DNA from: a virus
Length of the DNA: 39,766 bases
Virus record (IMG/VR): IMGVR_UViG_3300045988_126628
Strand: one strand, 5' to 3'
Below the pieces are notes generated by a model that worked only from the letters and a program-made list of their open reading frames with translations, made no database searches and was not told the origin of the DNA. The position numbers and the translations under genes were made by a program. Below, in pieces: positions 1 through 5,470 of the stretch (position 1 is its first letter; every line of letters starts with the position of its first letter).

Positions 1-99
1 ATGATTTTTGTTGTGTCTTCCATGGTGTTCACCTCCTTGTTTTAACTGTTCTACTTTTTTATGTGGTATCTTTTAAAGTTACTCATGTGCAAAAAAAAT
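1..99. repeat. Terminal direct repeat, copy 1 (identical to 39668-39766)
   Basis: Base-by-base reading: atgatttttgttgtgtcttccatgg...catgtgcaaaaaaaat is present at both ends. The unit length is 39,667 bp. Confidence 0.9.
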
Positions 100-279
100 A
101 GTAATTGGGTCTTCTATTTTCAAATTATCAATCATAATTTGAATTTCATCGCTCCCAAATACTCCTATTTTCATTTTTTCATAAAATGTCTTAGGCGTTA
201 TTCCTATCATTTTTGCAATATCTGATTGGGAATATCCATTTTTCGCTATTATACCGCGTAACTCGTTTGTTTTAATCAA
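79..279 (-). CDS. Cro-like small HTH regulator (XRE/DUF739-like)
   Basis: 66 aa with an HTH segment SQSDIAKMIGITPKTFYEK. TTG start 5 nt after GGAGGTG. Divergent from the repressor gene across the operator region. Confidence 0.7.
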   Translation of the reverse strand: MIKTNELRGIIAKNGYSQSDIAKMIGITPKTFYEKMKIGVFGSDEIQIMIDNLKIEDPITIFFAHE

Positions 280-296
280 ATTTTCACCTCCGTATC

Positions 297-392
297 TTTT
301 TAAGTTACTTTAAGTATATCACGTTTTTGTAACTTGTCAAGATATTTTTGTTGCCTTTATAACATTTTTGTGCTATTATTAAGTTACTATTT
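297..392. promoter_or_regulatory. Divergent lysis/lysogeny switch with two extended -10 promoters and repeated operators
   Basis: Minus strand: TTGACA (340-335), 16 nt, TGaTATACT (-10 at 318-313). Plus strand: TTGCCT (351-356), 17 nt, TGcTATTAT (-10 at 374-379). The 10-mer TTAAGTTACT occurs at 300-309 and 379-388, with an inverted half-site GTAACTT at 329-335. Confidence 0.65.
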
Positions 393-410
393 AAAGGAGG
401 AACCACTAAT

Positions 411-869
411 ATGACAGTTGGCGAGCGTATAAAAGAAGCACGCATGCGACTTGGCTTGAGTCAAGTAGACTTTGCAGAAAAAATCAATGTCTCAAAGCAA
501 ACATTATATAAATACGAAAATAATATCATTACTAATATACCATCAGACAAAATAGAGGCTGCTGCCACCCTGAGCGGTGTATCGCCTGCCTACTTAATGG
601 GATGGAAGGATACTTCAATGGAAACCAATCCAACAGTTTCCCCCTTCGCTCAATGCCAGACCAAGGACGAAGAATCTCTAGTCCTCTCTTACAGAGAACT
701 AAACGATATAAATAAGAAAAAGAGCGTTACTTATACAAAAAACCTCTTATCTACACAGCGTATGGAAAACGAACTTCTTGCCGCTCATGAACGTACCGAT
801 ATAGAGATAACTCCAGAAGGGATTCAGAATGATTTAGATATTATGAATGATGAGGATTTGTGGGATTAA
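411..869 (+). CDS. XRE-family phage repressor (CI/ImmR-like) with no S24 peptidase domain
   Basis: 152 aa. N-terminal HTH: ERIKEARMRLGLSQVDFAEKINVSKQTLYKYEN. RBS AAAGGAGG. Sits at the repressor position of the switch. Confidence 0.85.
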   Translation: MTVGERIKEARMRLGLSQVDFAEKINVSKQTLYKYENNIITNIPSDKIEAAATLSGVSPAYLMGWKDTSMETNPTVSPFAQCQTKDEESLVLSYRELNDINKKKSVTYTKNLLSTQRMENELLAAHERTDIEITPEGIQNDLDIMNDEDLWD

Positions 870-889
870 CTTAGGAGGATTATTTTACT

Positions 890-1897
890 ATGAATGAAGA
901 TAAATTCTTTTTAACCTATAATCAGCAAATGAAAAAGCTTAGAAATGATAAATGTATTGATTGCAACGGCTCTTCCCATAAAAAAATATTAGTTCGTGCC
1001 GGTTATTTTAATATAGTAAATGGTTATAAAAATCCTTTTATAAGTGGTTGTGATTCTGCTGGTAAGCATTGTTATATATCTGGAACTTCAATCAATCAGC
1101 TCCAAGCGGTAAAAAAATTTGATGATTCTTTGCGTTCTTTTTTGTTGCGTTACATAACTCAAGTAGAGGAGGAAACCCGTTCATTAACAGGTTATAAATT
1201 CGATGAATGTAATGAACACGGAAATATCCCTTGGTATGATACCAATGCCTATTCCCCAAATAAAACTTTACAGCAGAAAATGACTGTAATTTCCAACGCA
1301 TATAGTGAACTTAGCAAAAGCAGACTAGATTATGTGAAATTTTACATGGATAACCATAAACAAATTCCTACATGGATTATGATTAAGGTAATTAACTTTT
1401 CAACATTTATCAATGTACTAAGTTATAGTAAAACAGATGTATCTCATGCTTTATGTAAGCTCTATGGTTTGGAAGATGACAATAGCCTTCCAAATGTAAA
1501 GCTATTAACGGGTTCTCTTCATTGGATGAGAAAAATTAGAAATTCCTGTGCTCATAATGAAAGAGTTTATTGTTTAACTAGAAAAAGTGAACATCGTGGA
1601 CGCTCTGGGCGAATATTAGAAAAATATTTTCGAATGCTTTCTTCTGGATATTCCAGAAACTTAGATCAAAAAATTTTTGATTTAATCATATATTTTAAAT
1701 ATTTTCTACCTAAAAATGAATATAAGCAATTTATAAATGAATTAAAATCTATGTTGAATGATTTGCAAACAAAAATTCACCCTCACGCATTTGAATATGT
1801 TCGTGGACAAATGGGAATACGAAATTTAGAAGACTTAGATAAGCTTCTTAATTTTCCTAAAGACGAAATAGAATATAACAAATTTGATGCTATATGA
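890..1897 (+). CDS. Abi_2 family (AbiD/AbiF-like) HEPN abortive-infection protein, paralog A
   Basis: 335 aa. Family hallmarks GYFNIVNGYKNPF and IPTWIMIKVINFSTF. HEPN R-x4-H motif IRNSCAH (nt 1538-1555). AGGAGG RBS 20 nt after the repressor stop. Confidence 0.8.
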   Translation: MNEDKFFLTYNQQMKKLRNDKCIDCNGSSHKKILVRAGYFNIVNGYKNPFISGCDSAGKHCYISGTSINQLQAVKKFDDSLRSFLLRYITQVEEETRSLTGYKFDECNEHGNIPWYDTNAYSPNKTLQQKMTVISNAYSELSKSRLDYVKFYMDNHKQIPTWIMIKVINFSTFINVLSYSKTDVSHALCKLYGLEDDNSLPNVKLLTGSLHWMRKIRNSCAHNERVYCLTRKSEHRGRSGRILEKYFRMLSSGYSRNLDQKIFDLIIYFKYFLPKNEYKQFINELKSMLNDLQTKIHPHAFEYVRGQMGIRNLEDLDKLLNFPKDEIEYNKFDAI

Positions 1898-1993
1898 TAA
1901 CGTATGACACTGTATGATAGTCTAAAAGACAAAATAATTAGTTTTTTGCAATAAATTATTTATTGAAATGATAAAAAAAATACCTTTTAAAAT

Positions 1994-2022
1994 TTGAAAT
2001 ATTTTTCTCTATATAGTAATAT
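1994..2022 (+). promoter_or_regulatory. Candidate promoter: TTGAAA, 17 nt, TAATAT
   Basis: -35 at 1994-1999 and -10 at 2017-2022. The background is AT-rich, so this could be fortuitous. Confidence 0.35.
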
Positions 2023-2028
2023 ACTTGT

Positions 2029-2106
2029 ACGGAGAGAACCATATTGATTATGGTTGAAAGGCACTCATGTAATAAATAATTATTGCATGGGTGTCTTTTA
2101 CTTTAT
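2029..2106 (+). ncRNA. Candidate ~75-nt two-hairpin RNA or leader ending in an intrinsic terminator
   Basis: Hairpin AACCATA/TATGGTT (2037-2055). A 14-bp stem at 2061-2094 (with G-U pairs) is followed by CTTTTACTTTAT. It may simply be the terminator of the repressor-abi operon. Confidence 0.3.
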
Positions 2107-2143
2107 GCAGTTATAATTGTTACTGAGAAAGGTGGTGTCTCAC

Positions 2144-2611
2144 TTGACATATGAACAACTTTTAGATGCTGCTGACCAAGAGGGTCTGGCAGTAAAAGAA
2201 CAACCGCTCTCTACTCATGATGGTCTGATTATTGGAAGCCGCATAGCAATTCGAAAGGATATTCTCACCCAGGCAAAGAAAGCCTGTGTCCTTGCCGAAG
2301 AACTTGGGCATCATTATACTAATGTAGGAAACGTGTTAGATCAAACAGATATAGCGAATATAAAACAAGAACGAAAAGCCCGGATGTGGGCTTACAACAA
2401 ACAGATTGGATTATCTGGCATATTATCCGCTTACCAATATGGCTGTAGGAATCTACACGAAATGGCAGAGCATCTGGATGTTACAGAAACATTTTTAAAG
2501 GATGCTTTGGATGCCTATCTCTTAAAATATGGGAAATGCACTGTAATAGATAATTACATAATATTTTTTGAACCACTGGGGGTTGTGGATATGAATTATG
2601 GGATTGAATAA
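2144..2611 (+). CDS. ImmA/IrrE-like (Peptidase_M78/DUF955) protein with a variant metal motif
   Basis: About 155 aa. The motif AEELGHHY sits where HExxH is expected. TTG 2144 lies 8 nt after AAAGGTGG; the ORF stays open back to 2117, so the start is uncertain. Confidence 0.65.
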   Translation: MTYEQLLDAADQEGLAVKEQPLSTHDGLIIGSRIAIRKDILTQAKKACVLAEELGHHYTNVGNVLDQTDIANIKQERKARMWAYNKQIGLSGILSAYQYGCRNLHEMAEHLDVTETFLKDALDAYLLKYGKCTVIDNYIIFFEPLGVVDMNYGIE

Positions 2612-2635
2612 TAAATAAAAAAATAAAATGAATAC

Positions 2636-2663
2636 TTGACAAGACTTTTGTATATGATATAAT
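2636..2663 (+). promoter_or_regulatory. Near-consensus sigma-A promoter: TTGACA, 16 nt, TGaTATAAT
   Basis: -35 at 2636-2641, TG at 2655-2656, -10 TATAAT at 2658-2663. Confidence 0.7.
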
Positions 2664-2669
2664 ATAAGC

Positions 2670-2740
2670 TAATTAGCGAATGACTGGTGTCCGGTCACAA
2701 TTGAGTCTTGAAATTTATTTCAAGGCTCTTTTTGTTTTTA
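2670..2740 (+). ncRNA. Candidate ~70-nt structured leader or small RNA directly upstream of Abi_2 paralog B
   Basis: Lies between the promoter and the RBS. Hairpin TGACTGG/CCGGTCA (2681-2697) is followed by a terminator hairpin. No ORF. Confidence 0.45.
2703..2740 (+). terminator. Intrinsic terminator placed 14 nt before the abi_2b start codon
   Basis: 11-bp stem GAGTCTTGAAA/TTTCAAGGCTC (2703-2713 and 2718-2728), 4-nt loop, then TTTTTGTTTTT. Confidence 0.7.
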
Positions 2741-2753
2741 TAGGAGATATACT

Positions 2754-3818
2754 ATGGCAAAAGATGAAATTCTTTACACGACTACTTCTAAACAATTAGA
2801 AAAATTAAAAAGTCAAAATTTAATTATAGAAAATGAGGAGCGAGCATATAAACGGCTACAATCTTATGGATATTTTAATATTATAAAAGGATATCGTAAT
2901 CCATATATTTTTAAAAATGAAAATCAGATAACTTATAGAGACGGCGTTTCTTTTGAACAAATATACTCACTTTATCTTCTTGATAAGAATCTTCGTAATG
3001 CAGTTTTTGCTTCTATGCTAGATTTAGAAGAACATATCAAAGCCGTGGTAGCTGACGTAATAGCTGAATCTTTCGGTGTACATCAAGAAGATTATATTCA
3101 ATTTCGTAATTTTCGAGACAAAAAGCGAAAATCCTCTCGATTTTCTTTAGCCAAAATTATAAATTGTATGAAAAATGCTCTGGATACTTCAAAAGATCCC
3201 GTTGCCCATTATCGAGATTTTCATGGAATTATTCCACCATGGGTTCTATTTAAGAATTTATATTTTAGTACAATTGTGAATCTTGTAAACCTTTTAAAAC
3301 CAGAAGAACAGCGTAAGGTAGCTTGTCGTTTATATGAACCCAATACTTCAAAAGGAAACATAGATAATTTAAGAAAAATTATGATGGATACATTATTTAT
3401 CTGTCTTGAATATCGGAATTTAGCAGCTCATGGCGGACAAGTTTATAACTATGTCTGTTCTTCTCGACTGAGAAGCAATAGTTTTTCTGGTGATAGTAAT
3501 TTGCTTGACGACTACCAGGGGTTTAGCCAACTATTATTTTTATTGCGAATTTTAAATTATCAGAACCCATTCAATACACTTAATAAAGTGTTGAACGAGC
3601 AGGTAAATCGGCATTGTCATTCATTCCCTCAAGATATTACTTATCTCGGTCAAATACTAAACCTTAATATTATTAGTGAAAATATTGTATGGGCTTCTTC
3701 CAACGGAACTATATACCATTCTTTTCCTCATTGTAGTGGGCTGCACGACCCTATTAAGTTAAATTTGGAAGAAGCAAAAAGCAAGGGGTATTCTCCTTGC
3801 AAAAAATGTTGTAAATAA
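2754..3818 (+). CDS. Abi_2 family (AbiD/AbiF-like) HEPN protein, paralog B, with a C-terminal Cys/His zinc-ribbon-like tail
   Basis: 354 aa. Family hallmarks GYFNIIKGYRNPY and IIPPWVLFKNLYFSTIVNL. HEPN motif YRNLAAH (nt 3414-3431). Tail: YHSFPHCSG...GYSPCKKCCK. Confidence 0.8.
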   Translation: MAKDEILYTTTSKQLEKLKSQNLIIENEERAYKRLQSYGYFNIIKGYRNPYIFKNENQITYRDGVSFEQIYSLYLLDKNLRNAVFASMLDLEEHIKAVVADVIAESFGVHQEDYIQFRNFRDKKRKSSRFSLAKIINCMKNALDTSKDPVAHYRDFHGIIPPWVLFKNLYFSTIVNLVNLLKPEEQRKVACRLYEPNTSKGNIDNLRKIMMDTLFICLEYRNLAAHGGQVYNYVCSSRLRSNSFSGDSNLLDDYQGFSQLLFLLRILNYQNPFNTLNKVLNEQVNRHCHSFPQDITYLGQILNLNIISENIVWASSNGTIYHSFPHCSGLHDPIKLNLEEAKSKGYSPCKKCCK

Positions 3819-3822
3819 CCAA

Positions 3823-3849
3823 AAGCCCAGTGCTACCAACACCGGGCTT
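3823..3849. terminator. Hairpin after abi_2b that is a better terminator on the minus strand
   Basis: AAGCCCAGTG/CACCGGGCTT, 10 bp with one mismatch. The minus-strand reading is followed by TTTTGGTTATTT; the plus-strand reading is followed by CCTCATAG. Confidence 0.45.
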
Positions 3850-3904
3850 CCTCATAGATTACTTGTCAACAGGGATGCTGACTGTATAACCTAACTTGAA
3901 CAAC

Positions 3905-3923
3905 TAGATTATACCACAGCATC
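3905..3923. repeat. Left copy of a perfect 19-bp inverted repeat bracketing int
   Basis: tagattataccacagcatc is the reverse complement of 5331-5349. The minus strand reads GATGCTGTGGTATAATCTA, which contains the extended -10 TGgTATAAT. Confidence 0.9.
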
Positions 3924-3977
3924 CGTAATTTTAACAGGGTGTATTTTTTATACCCATTTTTACGAAAGGATGATTAT

Positions 3978-5078
3978 ATGTGGACCGAGAAAACCAAAAA
4001 CGGGAAATATAAACACGTAGAACGCTACACAGACCCAGTGACGGGGAAGGAGAAGAAAGTTTCTATTACTACCGAAAAGAATACCGCTCAGGCCAGAAAA
4101 ACGGCACAGAGGGCACTTCTCGTTAAAATAGATAACCTTCTTGATGCGCGAACTATTTCTAATATCACACTTTCCGAACTCAGAGAAAAATGGCTAAACG
4201 ACAAAAGAAGAACCTGGAAAGAAAGTTCTTACGGTTCAGAAAAACGCAATAGTCGAAAAGTTGTAGAAATGCTTGGAGAAAATTGTATAGCAAATAATCT
4301 TACTGCTCGTTATGTCCGGGAACACATCACCTCTTTGGACGAAGACCTTTCTCTTGCTAACGGGAGAATCTCCGTGTTTAAAAGAATGATTACTTGGGGA
4401 TTTAAAAACGACTATATAAGTGATAAGTCCTATCTGGATAAATTAGAAAAGGTAGCCACCTCTGTTGAAACTAAGGAAGATATTGAAGAAAAGTATTTAG
4501 AATCTGATGAAGTCACAAAACTTATCAAAGGGATGAAAAAGGAACCTTGGATAACACTTACCCGCTTTCTTGTCCTTACTGGTCTTCGGATTGGGGAAGC
4601 ATTTTCTCTTACAGCTGCAGATATTGACTTGAAGAATCGGCATATCCACATAATCAGTAACTATGATTACATAAATAAACTTACTGATACTCCAAAAACG
4701 CCTTCCTCAAAAAGACGTGTGTATATTCAGGATGAGCTACTAGTTTTTGCAAGAGAACTAAAGAAAGAAGCTCTCGCGAATAAACTGATTTACGGAAGCG
4801 ACTTGATTTTTCAGCGAAAAGGCAAGCCCCTTGTCTATGAAAGTTACCACTACCAGTTAAGTACGGTAAGTCAAAAAACATTAGGGCGGAAAATCACGCC
4901 TCACACTCTCAGACACACTCATACTTCTCTTTTGGCAGAGCAGGGAGTAGATATTGAAACAATCTCCCGCCGCCTTGGACATGAAGATTCTCAGATTACA
5001 AGAAAGATATATCTTCATGTTACGAAAAAAATGCGAAAAAGAGATGAGATGCAGGTGCAAAGCATAAGAATCCTTTAA
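3978..5078 (+). CDS. int: Tyrosine site-specific integrase
   Basis: C-terminal catalytic pattern TGLRIGEA ... HTLRHTHTSLL ... LGHEDSQITRKIYLHV. ATG 3978 follows GAAAGGA; the ORF track extends back to 3939. Confidence 0.9.
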   Translation: MWTEKTKNGKYKHVERYTDPVTGKEKKVSITTEKNTAQARKTAQRALLVKIDNLLDARTISNITLSELREKWLNDKRRTWKESSYGSEKRNSRKVVEMLGENCIANNLTARYVREHITSLDEDLSLANGRISVFKRMITWGFKNDYISDKSYLDKLEKVATSVETKEDIEEKYLESDEVTKLIKGMKKEPWITLTRFLVLTGLRIGEAFSLTAADIDLKNRHIHIISNYDYINKLTDTPKTPSSKRRVYIQDELLVFARELKKEALANKLIYGSDLIFQRKGKPLVYESYHYQLSTVSQKTLGRKITPHTLRHTHTSLLAEQGVDIETISRRLGHEDSQITRKIYLHVTKKMRKRDEMQVQSIRIL

Positions 5079-5086
5079 AACTACGT

Positions 5087-5327
5087 TTGCCCCTTTTTGC
5101 CCCTTTTTCATATATTGCAGGTTTTATAAATCTGCTAATAACTACTGTTTATGCGGATTGCAGCCTGCAATATATGACATTTACAAAAAACACATAAATT
5201 TTATTGAGGTTTTTTAAAAAAGTTACATACGGCTTAAAAATGGCTTAAATACAGGCTTATTGTACTGTAATTTTATTCACACAAAATCAAGAGGTTTCAT
5301 ATTCTGCCCCTTTTTTGCCCCTCAAAA
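5087..5327. promoter_or_regulatory. Candidate attP region (repeat-rich, non-coding, next to int)
   Basis: GCCCCTTTTT doublets at 5089-5110 and 5305-5322. 13-bp inverted repeat CATATATTGCAGG/CCTGCAATATATG (5109-5121 and 5164-5176). GGCTTA repeated three times at 5231, 5242 and 5254 (11-12 bp phasing). Confidence 0.4.
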
Positions 5328-5330
5328 GCA

Positions 5331-5349
5331 GATGCTGTGGTATAATCTA
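5331..5349. repeat. Right copy of the 19-bp inverted repeat, carrying an extended -10 promoter facing the lipoprotein gene
   Basis: GATGCTGTGGTATAATCTA on the + strand, with TGgTATAAT at 5338-5346. Confidence 0.9.
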
Positions 5350-5470
5350 TAGATAAGTATTCCTATTTCATTTTAAAACATAATACCTATGTACCAGATT
5401 TGTGTTTTGTTGTATAATTATATTCATAATTATTTAAAAACTTATCAATCAAAAGGAGAAGGAGAAACTT

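Noticed and set aside
2117-2143. N-terminal extensions proposed by the ORF track (for example 2117, 3939, 7561, 8616, 23855, 25530, 30358, 32034, 32317, 32629, 36892, 39699)
   Set aside because: In each case a downstream ATG, TTG or GTG with a properly spaced AGGAGG-type RBS, or an ATGA stop-start overlap, gives a more plausible start. The extended versions overlap upstream genes or lack an RBS.
5220-5226. Extra copies of the operator half-site AAGTTAC (5220-5226, 33967-33973)
   Set aside because: A 7-mer is expected about five times by chance in 2 x 40 kb. Only the clustered 10-mers in the switch region are treated as operators.
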